A stretch of 63,084 nt of DNA, counting the filler, from Rozella allomycis CSF55 (Eukaryota): assembly GCA_000442015.1 (NCBI GenBank). It is 7 parts of 7 records of this genome, joined end to end, with 100 filler letters (N's around TTAATTAATTAA, not from the genome) between each part and the next. Parts side by side here need not be neighbours in the genome. Positions count along the whole stretch, not along the records: positions 25,417 to 48,417 come from KE561139.1; 6 more parts are not named here. One strand, 5' to 3'. Numbering within the stretch: the first letter of the stretch is position 1; every line of letters starts with the position of its first letter. Below, piece by piece: positions 25,557 through 38,760 of the stretch. The notes beneath the pieces were generated by a model. That model saw only the letters and a list, made by a program, of their open reading frames with translations. It was not told where the DNA came from and made no database searches. Position numbers and translations under genes: made by a program.

Positions 25557-28500
25557 TTAATTTCTTTTCAATAATTCTAATTGAGTCAAAATCTCATGAA
25601 AACTTTTTCGTCTAGTGTGATCCGCCGACCATGCATTGATAATTACCTCATTCCAAACACGATACTCGTCATCAATTTTAGGTCTTAACCCTTTTAATTA
25701 ACTTCATAAATGATACCAATAAGCAAATCCCTTATGAATTCTTGAGTATTTTTCAGATTTGCCACATCCCATGCATTCTTTTTGTAAATCAGCTCGTACA
25801 TTAGAATACTAAATGCATAAACATCAACAGGCTTGTTGTCTTCTTTTACAACCGTTTCATGGGACTGCAATCTTCTGATGAGCTATAATATCACAATTTC
25901 ACTATTACCTCAGGACTTGCATATGCAAGGGTAAGACCGGCGGCTGTCGATGTCGACAAGCCAGACACTAGCTTGTCGTGAAGAAAGCTATCAATAACTC
26001 TTGCCAAACCGAAATCTGATACGACACACTCTTCAATTATAAATCCATCGCCTGGAACGCTGTGGACATTCAACAGAATATTGTCTACTAACTATTGGTT
26101 TAATTGCTTACGAGGTTTTAAATCAAAATGTATTACGCTATTAGCATGCAAATATTCCATTCCTTTACAAATGTCTATCAAGATATCAAGACATAAATTG
26201 GCGGTTAAATATTGTGGTTTAGTTCTAATTAATTCGATCAAGGAAACGTTATAGTATTTTAGTATTATAGATGGTGGGCTAAATGTAAATCCAATAAATT
26301 GCGCTATATTTGAATGTTTTAATGAGCTATGTGTCCCAATAGTAATCATTACCTATGCAGAGCAATTTCAGACGATAAATTGGATTTTGCTGCCTCGCTT
26401 TCTTATATTAATCAAAAATAAAATATTACCAGAAAACATTTTAATAGCCACAACGGAGATATTAGCTATGGGCTTGACTAGACGAGCCTTGTACACTTTT
26501 GCAAACCCTCCTTTGCCTATGAGATCTTTGATTTCAATATCATTTTTGATATCAATTTGCAATTGACCAGGTAAACTAATAAGAGATTTAACATCAGTCT
26601 AATATTTAACATGGTATTGTTTTACTATCGTTGTGGAATCTAGAGCATTTGAATGTGGTCTATGATATTCAGGTATTATTAATGGCGTTGGTTTAAGGAG
26701 CCCAATTTTCGGTAAAGCTCTTTGACGACTACTCCTGCTCAATGAAATTCGACTTGGCTGAATTAACCTCGCTTTTGAAATTGATTTGAAAGATATTTTA
26801 GACTTTTTGTTTTTCCTGTGCCTCCAGTAAAAGAATATCAATGCAACTATTATAATGAAAAATAATGATGCTCCAGATGAGATTAGTATAATCGTCAATT
26901 CATTTGTGGCCGGTAATTTTAATGGTTCATTTGAATAGATTGTTGTTGTAGGCAAAGAAGATGTCAGTAAGGAATATGGAACATTCATACTACTAGATTT
27001 ACTTGTTATTAGAGGCGAAACATTCAAAATAGTTGTTAGTAGCAATGGGTCACTTGTGATACTAGATTCGCTGGTGGCGAGAGGAGAAGGAATCAACGTA
27101 GTTGTGAGTAACGATGAATCTCTAGTGATACCAGATTCACTTGCTGTGACAGAAAAAGGAATCAAAGCATCTGTCGTTGCAGTAGAAGTATATTCGGTGA
27201 ATGACGATGGGAACCCCCTCGAATCTGTTGTTGTCATAAGGCTTGAAAAGCTTTGGCTGCTTTGAAAAATACCACTGCTTGAATAAGTGAAACTACTAAA
27301 TGTCTTGGTTGTAGAAATAGTCGTTAATTTGGATGTATTCAAAAGCGTGGTTGTTTGTGTTGATGTAGTTGAGACATTTATGGTACTGGTTGTGGTATAA
27401 GACCTTGAAGATGATACACTGTTGATACTTGAAGTTAAACTTGGAATTGGACCATCACAACCACTAATCAATTTAATAACGTAATATCCAACGCGACAGC
27501 CAGACGGATAAAAGTTGGTAAATTCAATATCGTAGAGGAAGCTTTTAGCAGGCATATGGTCCAAATTAACATGAATAGATGTTGTATTTATGGCAGGCGA
27601 ATTCGTAGCTCTAAAAATCGAAGTGCTGTTTGGCTGCCAATAGCTTATAGCTGATGAACACAAAGTTGAGGATGCGGCTCTTCCTATTTTTATCTGAAAC
27701 GAGCAAGAATCCATAGAGTTGTTGTCCATGATGATGATTAGTTCCGTAAAACTTTCGAATGAAAGATCGCAAGTTGATGAATGGAACTTTGTATAGAAAT
27801 AATTTGAACTGTATCCAAAAAATTCGATGCCGTAACCGAGCCCTTGAAATGATCTTATTACATCCAGTTCGTCAGTCGGCGGATGTAAGAAACTTCTGTA
27901 TCCACCGAGACTATTTAATGTATTATTTTCACCCTTGTCTACAATCAATTCAGATGAGCACATTAGCGGTAACATTGAATCAATCATTCGTTTGTAATNA
28001 TTAGCGGCAACATTGAATCAATCGTTCGTTTGTAGTTCGTTGCATTTAGTAGCAGAATTTCTGATATTGTTATGATACTTCTATATTGTCCAGTATATCT
28101 GAATGAAATCTGATTTAGATTGTTGATTCCAGGCGTGCAAGATAATGGTAAATTGTAATATGATTTCGACAAATCACTGACACTGATATCAACCTGGGAG
28201 TCGGCACCAAATGGCCGCCATGTCTCATCATTATTTAAATCAACTAGAATGTTCATGTACTGGCCATTGGGCAAGAAAAGATCACGATCAAATTTTACCG
28301 CCAATGTCATGTTGCTTGCACAGTCATCATTTGTGTAAGTGTACGGATAAAAAGTAATGTTGAAATACGAAGGATTTTGAGTAGAATTATAAAACGTCAA
28401 AGCCAATGGCATAACCGCGCTTGTTGAAACGGTTGAAGATTTTGTCATATTTTTTGCATAGTTGAATTCTCTCGAGAGCAAGTTTGTGGATGAGGCTTGC

Positions 28501-28571
28501 TGAGCATATTCGTAAAGAGTGCTGTATACTAATTGTATGCCTGAAATGAGCAAGTAGTGAAATTTCGCCAT
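25557..28571 (-). CDS. Receptor-like protein kinase: signal peptide, extracellular domain, Ser/Thr-rich stalk, TM helix, TKL-type kinase; 6 short introns
   Basis: GKGGFAKV, VAIK, HFDLKP, DFGLAR, YASPE, DVYAF; TM IILISSGASLFFIIIVALIFFYW-RHRK; ectodomain split by a duplicated IDSMLPL overlap at N27999. Confidence 0.85.
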
Positions 28572-28835
28572 AGTTACGACATCTAGGACACAATTGACCT
28601 TGAAAATGAAACTTGGTCACATGGATTTTTTCTATTAATTAATTAGAATAAGTTTGTAACTGGCATGAATATTTTTACTAATTGCGCTCACTAAAAATAA
28701 CATATTCAAAAGACAGCTTTGGCAATCGAACATAATGTCATTTCAAAGACTAAATGGTAGCATTTTCATCCAAAAAATTAAATACACGAGAATTTTATCC
28801 GTAAAAGGCAACGAAAATAACAATATTACCAGGGT

Positions 28836-31800
28836 ATGCCACTTTTGAAGCAATTTATATCACCATGCCGCAGAACCTTTAGAAAATTTGCCACGGCATC
28901 ATCGCCAGATAATATATGCAAGCACCCGAACTTTGTGTTGAAGGCAAGCCAGCGTTACAACGAGTACAAGATGACAGCGTATCTGTACGAGCACATCAAG
29001 ACCAAAGCATCGTACATGCATTTAGAAAAGAGCGACACGAACAAATTATTCGCGTAACCATTATACAATATGGTGAAATAGTGTCGGATTTAAGACCTTG
29101 CCAGCGGACAACAAGGGGATTCCGCATATTCTGGAGCATTTAACGTTGTGTGGGTCAGAAAAGTATCCAGTGCGAGATCCGTTTTTCCGGATGCTGCGTC
29201 GATCCTTGTCGAACTATATGAATGCGTGGACGTGTAATGTTGTTGATTTTGTGTGTGATAGTTCCGTATTTTACAATGTATCCGTTTACTACTGAGAATG
29301 AGAGTGATTATAATAATTTGATGAGGATCTATGTGGATGCTGTGTTTCGGCCGCTGCTGAAGCGGGAGGATTTTATGCAGGAGGGGTGGCGGCTGGAGCA
29401 GCGGGATTTGGGGGATGTGGATTCTGAGGTTGAGTTTAAGGGGGTTGTGTTTAATGAGATGAAGGGTGCGTTGGTAATGAGTGATGTTGGGATTGAGTAG
29501 TCTGATTCGAATAGTGTGTTTGAGAATGAGTGGCAGAAGGCGATGTTTGAGGGAAGTAAGTTTGGGGTGAATAGTGGGGGAGATCCGAGTGAAATACTGA
29601 GATTGGGTTATGAGGAATTGGTGAGATTTAGAAATGAGAATTATCATCCGACGAATGCGTATTTTGTTTCGTATGGGGATGTGAATGTTTTGAATGTTAT
29701 GGAGTATCTTGATTCGCAAATTAAAGAGTTTGAAGAAAAGGAAAAGATTGATGAGAGTGGGATTGATGGATTTGAGATTAAGGGAAATGAAACTGTTTAT
29801 ATTGATTGTCCAGTAGATCCAAGTAAGAGTTGTAGATTTGAAGTGAAATAGTTGGAGAAGAAGAGAAACAAGTGAAGATGGTTTTGAGTTTCTATACGAA
29901 TCCAGTGAAAGATTTATATGAGAGTTTTGTGATGAGACTTTTATCGTGTTTGTTATTGAATGGACCAGCATCACCCATGTATAAAAGTTTGATTGAAACA
30001 AATCTTGGAAATGAATATTCACCAATCAATGGATATGATTGCAACACACCGTAAGAAGTTACGTTAAAGTTGATGAAATAGAATTTCAACATTTTCATTT
30101 GGTTTGCAGGGGATTAGTGAAGGCGATGTAGAGAAAGTGAAAGAAATAATTTTTGAAACATTGGAGAAGTCAATGTATGAAGGATTTCCGATGGAAAGAA
30201 TTGAAGCAGCGTTGCATCAAATTGAACTTTCATTGAAACATAAAACATCAAAGTTTGGAATAGGAATTGCTCAATCTTTAATGATGAAATGGATGCATGG
30301 AATAAATCCTTTAGAATCTTTAAATTTAGAACAAGTAAATTTCTTAATCTATTTTTTCAATTTAGATCTTGAATAAATTAAGAGAAGAATTAAAAGATCC
30401 AAATATGTTTAAATCTAGAATATTTAAATATTTTTTCAAAGATCCAAAATTTAAAATTATTATTTCAAAACCAAATAAAAATTATCAAAAAGATTTAGAT
30501 GAAAAAGAATCTAAAATTTTAAATGAATTAATAAAGAAAAATGATAAAAATAAAATATTGAAAGAAGCTTTAAAAGTTAAACAAAGACAAGAAGAAAATG
30601 AAGATGGTAAAGAAATTAAAATCTTTTTTAAAAGAAAATATTTTGCCATGTTTAGAGATTAATGAAATATCAAAAAAGGGAAAAGATTATTCTGTTCTTA
30701 CAAAGTCAATAAATTCAACAAAATTATTCTTGAGAGAAACAGAAACAAATGGGATAAATTATTTCAATGCTATAATCCCCTTTCAAAATCTATCAAAATC
30801 TGATTTATCTTTTATTCCAATTCTATCTTTTGTAATTCAATCATTTCTCATTCATTAAAGATGTTGAGTGATCTTGGTGTCACTACTAAATCAAAAGCTC
30901 AATTTCAACAAGATATTGAACAACACACTGGTGGTATTTCATTCTCTCCTTTTCTATCTCCAAATCTTAATGATTCAAACAAAGCTAACCTTGGATTATC
31001 CATATCTTCCTATGCCTTGGCAAACAACACGAACAAAATGTTCAATCTAATTTCTGAAGCACTAAAATCAACAAACTTTAATGACATTGATCACATAAAA
31101 ACTTTGATAAACTCTGTAACAAGTCTCATATTCATTTCATTAGAATGCTTCAAACGCAATGTCAAGTATTTCCAGCCAGGGTCATTCATACGCCATGCAA
31201 TTTGCCGCCAGTAAATTAACAAAGCCACAAGTAGAAAATATTCAAATATTGTTTAGGCTATTGATGAATTATGGACTGGTCTTTATTATGTTAGATTCTT
31301 AGATATGCTAAAATCAAAATCTATTAAAGAGATATCCGAAACTTTGCATTTTCTTTCATCCTCTTTAATAGCTTTAAAAGATATGCGAATGTTTCTAGTC
31401 ACTCAAGACAAAGAATCAGTTGAATTCAGCATCAATAACTTTGTTTCAGGATTTGGTTCCACTTCTTTTAAAGATTCCGAATCATTTGAGCATACTGCAC
31501 AATCAGGATCACATTCATTCATTCCACTTCCCTTTGGATGTTCGTTTGCCAGTCTCGCTATAAAGGCTGTTCCCTATCTGCATAAAGATGCCATGGCGCT
31601 ATCTGTTTTGGCTAAATTACTCACAAACAAATTTCTGCACAAGGAAATCCGTGAAAAGAATGGCGCGTATGGCGGTGGTGCTTCCTATTCCTCTCTAAAC
31701 GGCATCTTTTCTTTCTACTCTTACAGAGACCCAAATCCACTGAAATCAATTGAAATTTTCAAATCAACAGAAGAATTCGTTAAATCCAAACCATTTGATC

Positions 31801-32116
31801 CAAAGGTACGCTTTATTCTAGTCATTCAAAGGATCTCCATGAAGCGAAACTGGGACTATTCTCTGCAATGGACTCGCCGGTTGATGTGCAATCTGAAGGT
31901 GTTTTGCTGTTTGAGCATGGAATCACTGATGAGATGAGGCAGGAGAGAAGAAATAGACTTTTTGAAATTACGCTTGAAGATGTTTATAGAGTTGCTGGAA
32001 ATGTTCTTGGGTCGTCGGATAGTTCGGCGGTAGTGTTGGGAAAAGATGATCAGGATTCTAAAAGGGAGTTTAGGGATTGGGAGGTGACAGAGTTTAGGGA
32101 TCTCATTGATCAGTGA
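28836..32116 (+). CDS. CYM1: Mitochondrial presequence protease (M16C; Cym1/PITRM1), 11 short introns
   Basis: HILEH zinc motif, [45 protein letters not shown]. Confidence 0.95.
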
Positions 32117-32396
32117 AATTGTTTAGGGAGAATGAAAGATCATCAATTAATAAATCAATAAATTAATAAGTCATAAATTATTTATGTTACAATCTTCATT
32201 TTCAATCCTTTAATGTTAGATCTACTATTGAGAACTATTTTCCTAATGTATTTGTTTATTGCCCAACTGTGTGGCGCATCCGACGTTTTATCCGGTCGTT
32301 ATTCTCTGACAAGCAGAAACTTGTTTCTTTATGGCCATAACCGATCTTAATCTGTTATATGAACTAGTTGCATCGCTTCCCACCATTGCGCAAAGC

Positions 32397-33407
32397 ATGG
32401 AATCAGCAGCTCAAGGTAACCTCACCACTAATATATAACTTTAGAAATCCAAAATTCCAGGGCATCGAACGTATTTGAGCATTCCACGCAAAACAGCCCG
32501 CTAGTACGGCGACGAGGCAGACGGTCGATATCGCATTCACAAAACGCGTCCTACTTGCTGGAAGGAGATGAGGAGATTCCCGGTAGGTCGAGACGGAGGC
32601 GTCGGAACTCGTTTCTGGATGAGGTGGATACTGGTGTGCTGTCGACATCGCTGCCTTTGCCGTCGAGCAGCGCGACTGTGTTCAGATCGCCGTTGAGCCA
32701 GCGGTCGCAGTCGCAGAGATCGAGGAAAGATTCTAGAGGGGAGATGGTGGCGTCTGATGAGGATGGGCAGCAGGGCTCGTCGGCGATGATGGAGCTGGCG
32801 GCAAGTGCTGGTGGATTGAGTCTTGGCAGTGTTACTGTGCGCAGACCTTCAGAAGCGTTTTATGATGTGGAGTCGAGGCTGCGGAAGAGTATTCGCAAGT
32901 ATTTCCATTCTGATATACTGAACTGGATTGAAGATCAAGTTTTGAGGTTCTTGTCGGTGATCCTGCCTGTTGATGCTAGAAATTTTCCAGGATTTGTTTC
33001 TAGGCGAGATGGCACTGGAACAAGAGAGTTTCAGGATATGGATAGCGGAATGTATTGTTCGTGCAGTGTGGGGAGATCAGAAAACGTTAATAGCGCTTTG
33101 ATGTCGCCTAGAACAAGGAAAAATAGAAAAGGGAAGCAGCGAAAATCTTCTAGGGATGATCCTATAGTTGCATGCTTTCAGTCAANGCTTTCAGTCAAGC
33201 GACAATAATTGTAAAATAATCCTTCAAACACTGGTACAGTACTATAATTTGAAGAGTATCACATTTTGTGTATTTTCATATAGTGACCACAAAAGAAAGT
33301 GGTGTATTTATTATATCCATGTCTGAAGNATATCCGAATCTGAAGCTGACAATTTTGTTATTCCTGGAATGTCCTTAAAGCAGTTTATAGAGGATGAACT
33401 AAAATAG
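32397..33407 (+). CDS. R3H-associated/R3H-like domain protein; interrupted by N joins
   Basis: SRRRRRNSFL, SRLRKSIRK, ILQTLVQYYNL; 29-nt and 28-nt introns. Confidence 0.5.
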
Positions 33408-33463
33408 TTAAATCGCTTGTAATAGCACAATAAAATTTTGAATTCATGTAATTTTGATGTTTA

Positions 33464-33754
33464 TTACCCCCATGCTACGGTAATGCAATAATTTATTACA
33501 AGTATTCCTTCTGAGCTGAAACATTTGTATAGATTTCGTAGTGATTCATCAGGTGCTGGCGCAAACGCGCTATTGACGTATAAAAATAGATTATTTCCTC
33601 CTTCAGAACCCAGCTTCAATTGCTTGCGAAGAAAATCGCTTAAAGAGGCGACATCTTGATTGGCATCTACCATGAACTTGTTCTGTTTCAAGATCGGAGT
33701 ACTTCCAACAGCCTTAAACAAGACTACAAATTTATGAACGTCACTCGACATCAT
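33464..33754 (-). CDS. ATG12: Autophagy ubiquitin-like protein Atg12
   Basis: FKAVGSTPILKQ, FLRKQLK, LFLYVNSAFAPAPDE, C-terminal AWG. Confidence 0.95.
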   Translation of the reverse strand: MMSSDVHKFVVLFKAVGSTPILKQNKFMVDANQDVASLSDFLRKQLKLGSEGGNNLFLYVNSAFAPAPDESLRNLYKCFSSEGILVINYCITVAWG

Positions 33755-33852
33755 TACGATATTCCTTTAGCTTTAAAAATTTGGCTTTGGTTTATCGAAA
33801 TTCTATTTTTGGCGTCATTANATTTTTGGTGTCATTAAAACGACTCAGCCAC

Positions 33853-35328
33853 ATGTCGTATCAGCAACCACAGTATGGCAACGCGCCATATGGTCAGCCG
33901 CAAAACTGGCAGCAACCGTATGGACAACCACAACCAAATTACTCGCAACCACAATATAATCCTCCTTATGCCCCTCAAGACCAAAAGGTTCCAGAAGATT
34001 CCAAGAAGCACGGTAGCACTTCCAACGTCAGTGGTAGACCGGTGTACCAAGATTTATGGGCAGCGCTTCTGTATTTGTTTCATTTCGTCGTGTTAATCGG
34101 CCTTGGAGGTTATTGTATCCATGCATTCATAAATCATGCAAGGTTCGGAGATACTTCTTCATCGGGAGGCAATTCACTTCCAGTGCCTGATCATACTTTG
34201 GGGATTTCTATTGCGTCTATGCTTGCTGTCGCTATAGTGTTTACATCGTTCTACACCTATTTGATGTATCGCCACGCTAAAAAGCTGATTTACTTTACTT
34301 TTATCATGAATATTGCTTTTACTGTAGCTTTGGGGGTCCTTTATATTGCGCAAAGGGTGATGAATGGAGCTGTTGTTATGTTCATTATTGCGGGATTACA
34401 GTTGATCTTTTTCTATTTTTCCAGAAATCGTATTCCTTTTGCAGCTCTTGTGTTGGAATCTGTAGTTGGTGTTCTGAAGAGATATCCTGCGATGTTAAAC
34501 GTGCCAATTGTTGTAATGATCGCTACCGTCACTCTGTCGGTGTTTATCGCTTTTGCTATGGTTGGTTCTATGTTCGCCTTTGAAAACGGAGGTTATTCAA
34601 TAATTTTCTTCATCTTTTCTCTCTACTGGACACAGCAAGTTATTGCCAATACTGGTCATGTTACGCTAAGTGGAGTCTATTCAACATTTTACTTTATGGA
34701 AGGAACTGGTCAAGCTATTTCTAATCCTACTGGATCATCCGCTAAACGTGCTTTAACTTATTCTTTTGGTTCTATCTGTTTTGGATCTTTGATTGTCGCA
34801 ATTATTCAATTTTTACGTGAACTTTTACGCCAATCAGCTCGCGATGGATCATTTTTTGGCGCCGTTATGGGATGTTGTCTTGGCTATATTGAATCATTGA
34901 TTGAATATTTTAATCATTATGCGTATGTTCAAGTTGCGATGTATGGAAAACCGTTCTGTGCTGCGGCAAAAGACACTTGGACAATGGTTAAGAGTAGAGG
35001 AGTTGATGCTATTATCAATGATAACTTTGTTGGAACAGCTTTATCTTTTGGCAGTTTGATTTGCGGTGTGCTTTCAGCTGCAGTTGCAGGATTAGTCATC
35101 GCAACTGGAATAACTTCTGATTCTGATTCAGTTAAAATTATTGTCATATTCGTCGTCATTGGTTTATTTGTCGGCCTTGTTATTTTCTCCACCGTAACAA
35201 CTGTTGTTAATTCTGGAACTGCAACAATCTTTGTGTGTCTCGCGGTTGATCCAAACTCACTTCGCCGTAATAATCCAGAACTTTTCGCCAAGTTTGCTGA
35301 AGTTTATCCTGAAGTGAACTTTGCTTAA
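33853..35328 (+). CDS. PNS1: Pns1 / choline-transporter-like (SLC44) membrane protein
   Basis: QP-rich N-terminus, YQDLWA, RIPFA, SFGSICFGSLIVA, YFNHYAYVQVAMYGKPF, IINDN. Confidence 0.92.
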   Translation: MSYQQPQYGNAPYGQPQNWQQPYGQPQPNYSQPQYNPPYAPQDQKVPEDSKKHGSTSNVSGRPVYQDLWAALLYLFHFVVLIGLGGYCIHAFINHARFGDTSSSGGNSLPVPDHTLGISIASMLAVAIVFTSFYTYLMYRHAKKLIYFTFIMNIAFTVALGVLYIAQRVMNGAVVMFIIAGLQLIFFYFSRNRIPFAALVLESVVGVLKRYPAMLNVPIVVMIATVTLSVFIAFAMVGSMFAFENGGYSIIFFIFSLYWTQQVIANTGHVTLSGVYSTFYFMEGTGQAISNPTGSSAKRALTYSFGSICFGSLIVAIIQFLRELLRQSARDGSFFGAVMGCCLGYIESLIEYFNHYAYVQVAMYGKPFCAAAKDTWTMVKSRGVDAIINDNFVGTALSFGSLICGVLSAAVAGLVIATGITSDSDSVKIIVIFVVIGLFVGLVIFSTVTTVVNSGTATIFVCLAVDPNSLRRNNPELFAKFAEVYPEVNFA

Positions 35329-35411
35329 ATAAATTTATAACCCGGTTAAATTTCTTTTAGATTTATTGACAATTATTGACTAGCAGGGGCTGACTATAAT
35401 TACAGCCAAAC

Positions 35412-37952
35412 ATGACTCAAACACTGAATATTAATGTATTTAAATTGGCAGATTCAGATTTTAGATCAGGCACACGTCATAAATTTCTAAATTGTAATTT
35501 TGGAGAGGGCAACAAAACATGCCTTTAGTGACCGTCGTGTGTAATTTAATAGCTTTAATAAAATTTAGACAACAGTTCAGAGAGTAGTTTTGCTGGAAAC
35601 TATTCAATCCGCCTTGAACCAAAGGGCAGTGAGCCAGTTATAATAGATACCGGGTCCAGATTTGTCAAAGATATAGAGCTTAAAAGGTTGTTATATATAA
35701 AAACGATTATAGTGAGTCTGTTTCGGTAAAAATTTGCCACAGGGATAGCGAAATTGTACTTTGTGAATTTGAGGCCTCTATACCTTTTGAAGAAATATTG
35801 GAGATTGAGAGGAATGTAATTGGGTATCTTTGTGTGAAATTCTTTGATGAAATGGCGTCTGCTGGTTCTCCTGACCTGGACGACTCTGCCGAAACACTGT
35901 CAGTGATGAATAGTACGGATATTGCCGCTGTCATATATTTCGAAAGTAATAAGTATTAGATTAGTTTATAGTAATTGAAGCCAAAAATCTGCCAAGAGAA
36001 AAGTCGTTTATAAAGATTGGTTATGACAGTGATCCGTTTGTGGTTATATCATTTGGCAAGCAAACTTATAAAACTAGATTCATTAGACATACACTGAATC
36101 CTGTATGGAATGAAAAGGTTTACATGTAATTGAGGATGGTAATTTAATATTTAGACCTGTTGGGCCAAATGAAATGAATTTTGATGTGAATTTCGCAGTT
36201 TATGACCATGACAAGTTTTCAACGCATGACTATATTGGCAAGGCAGATTTGAATATCAAAGATTTGCCTAAAAATGCTTGGAAAGAATTCATTCTTCCTC
36301 TGCAGCTGAAAAGAAAAGACATCAAGGACCCTTCGTTCATGGTTGTTAAAGGGAGTGTTTGGGCTTATGCGGGTATTAAATATGTTTTGGATATGATAGA
36401 TTTGAAGATAAGATTTTGGACGATTCTTTCAGGGATTTATGATCATGATGAGAATGGAAAGTTGAATAGAATCGAATTAATTTCAATGCTAGAGAGCATA
36501 GGAAGTACTTTGAGCGAAGAAACCATTGAAGATTTGTTTAGCAAGTTTGGGAAAGAAGAAGATGCAGAAGTTCAAGTTGAGGATATTGTTGATTGTTTGG
36601 ATAACATTAGCATATCTGGAAGCATGAAGAATGGAGATTCAGAAAATTTGGTACTCTTAAAGAAATGTCCAACGTGTGGGAAAAAGATGAAAAAGTTTGT
36701 AAAGGATTTTGATATTATCAATCATCTTGTGATATGTTCGAATCAAAACGATTTAAATGAATCGGTTGGGAGATTCGGTAATCTTAATAAATCTATTTTA
36801 AAAGTAATGTCTGGATTTTTAACAGAAGAGCACGCATCAAGGAAGTGGTTCATGTCGATCTTTAAAACTATTTCATTTGGTTCTGTTAAACTTGGAAACA
36901 ACAATGGCAACATTCTCGTTCAAGATAGAAAAGTATTAAGATTATTTCAACTTTAAAGACTGGAAGATTACTAGAAGAGAAAATGCCAACTTACATTAGA
37001 CTAGGAATCAGGTTAATGCATCAAAAGGCTCCCTATAATATAAGTATACTCAATATACTTTAATAAATTAGCATCTAGACTTAAAATGGTTAAAATGTTA
37101 TTGAAAAGGCTTACAATTCAACAAGGAAAAAAGTTTGATGATCCTTCGTCTGTTAAGAGCATCGAGCCTTTCATTAAATATCACAATTTGAATGTCGAAG
37201 AAATTTTGGATCCCATTGAAAGTTTCAAATCTTTCAATGAATTCTTTTATAGAAAAATTAAACCATCTTCAAGAAAATTAGCTTCATCTGATCCAGTAAA
37301 ATTTAAACTCTTCAAATGATAGAAAATTCTTGTTTCAGCAGCTGACAGTAGAACGCTAGTCTTTCCATCAATTTCAACAGCTGTCGATATTTGGATAAAA
37401 GGATCAAAATTTAGCGTCTCTGAATTATTAGAAGAAGCCAATCATCCATTTCTTGAAGGTTCCTTGGTCATTCATAGATTGGCGCCACAGGACTATCATC
37501 GCTTTCATTCCCCTGTTGATGGAAAAGTTAAATCCATCAAGAAGATACCTGGCGNAAGTTAAATCCATCAAGAAGATATCCGGCGATTATTTTACTGTAA
37601 ATCCAATGGCAATCAGGCAGAAATCAGTTAATGTTTACACTGAAAATGTTAGAAACGTCATATACATCGAATCTGAAGCATTTGGATTAGTGGCAATTGT
37701 GGCTGTTGGTGCCATGATGGTTGGATCCATCGTTTGGACTGTTGATATTGACCAAAGCGTTAATAGGTAATTGTGTTTCTCTTATTTCATAGAATGGACG
37801 AGTTGGGATATTTTAAATTTGGAGGTTCAACACTGGTGATACTTTTGCAACAAAATACTGTTTCTTTTGACAATGACTTGATAGAGAATAGCCAAAGGCC
37901 CTTGGAAACATTATTGGCGGTAGGCGACTCTGTAGGAACAAGTTGCAAATAA
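35412..37952 (+). CDS. PSD2: Phosphatidylserine decarboxylase 2 (C2 and EF-hand domains); start uncertain (35412 or 35519); about 10 short introns
   Basis: C2 DPFVVISFG..TLNPVWNE, FNEFFYRK, RLAPQDYHRFH, VGAMMVGSI, FKFGGST autocleavage motif. Confidence 0.93.
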
Positions 37953-37981
37953 ATATTTTATTATCTTTATTATATGATCTT

Positions 37982-38760
37982 CTAGTCCTCATTTTCATCC
38001 TCTGAAAAATCTAATGGAAGGTTTTCGTCATGCACAAAAAGGGAAGGATCAAGTATACCTTGTTCAGCTAATTTAATAACCTTACCGACATCTTGGTCAT
38101 CACCATTATTCACATCCGATGCTATTAAAGTCTTGTCCTTTTCGAACATTTGTCTGCCAGTCAGCTTTCCTTTCATTCTCCTTATTCTCTCCATCTCTTC
38201 CTTGCTCTCCATTCTCTCTTTATCAAACGCAGCCTTCCATTTCGCAAATGTTTCAGCCGTAACAGGAGTTCCATTTTTCTTTTCAGCGTCTGCTAATCCC
38301 TTTAATTCAGGCTCTAATGACAGCTGCTCCATCCTTTCCGCCTCTAGTCTGTCGATTTCATTTCTTTCCTCGACTACGCTGTTGATATGAGATATCAAGG
38401 TAAACAGCATAACCATCCCTCTATTTTGTTCAGCCTGCACTACAATTCACCTTGAATACTTACCATTTCAATGAGTTCCGCTTCCAATTGTGTTGAATCA
38501 AACCCTACATTCAAAAACACTTCAGGAAGATCGGAAGGATATTCTGGGGGTAAAACAAATTCAGCGTATCCTAATTCTTACATTCAAATAACTGTTACGT
38601 TTTTCATCTTCGTCGACGTCGTTTTGGTTTAAGAGGTAAATGCGTAAAGTAGGGGGATTATCGCTGATAACTTTTATCACGAGTGTAGAATATTACTTTT
38701 TAGTTCATCGGGAAAGATTGATAAAAGTACTTCGTATTCTTCAGTCTGCTCGTCATTCAT
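37982..38760 (-). CDS. GIR2: RWD-domain protein Gir2/RWDD1, 3 short introns
   Basis: EQTEEYEVLLSIFPDE, PPEYPS, GMVMLFTL, GTPVTAETFAKW, KLTGRQMFE. Confidence 0.88.

Noticed and set aside
29090-30025. 311-aa minus-strand ORF
   Set aside because: Antisense to CYM1 exons; stop depletion is explained by local compositional skew
35412-35520. Possible further non-canonical intron at the PSD2 5' end
   Set aside because: Ambiguous: a 32-nt GT-GAG intron or a downstream ATG (35519) explains it, and there is no conserved sequence to anchor it
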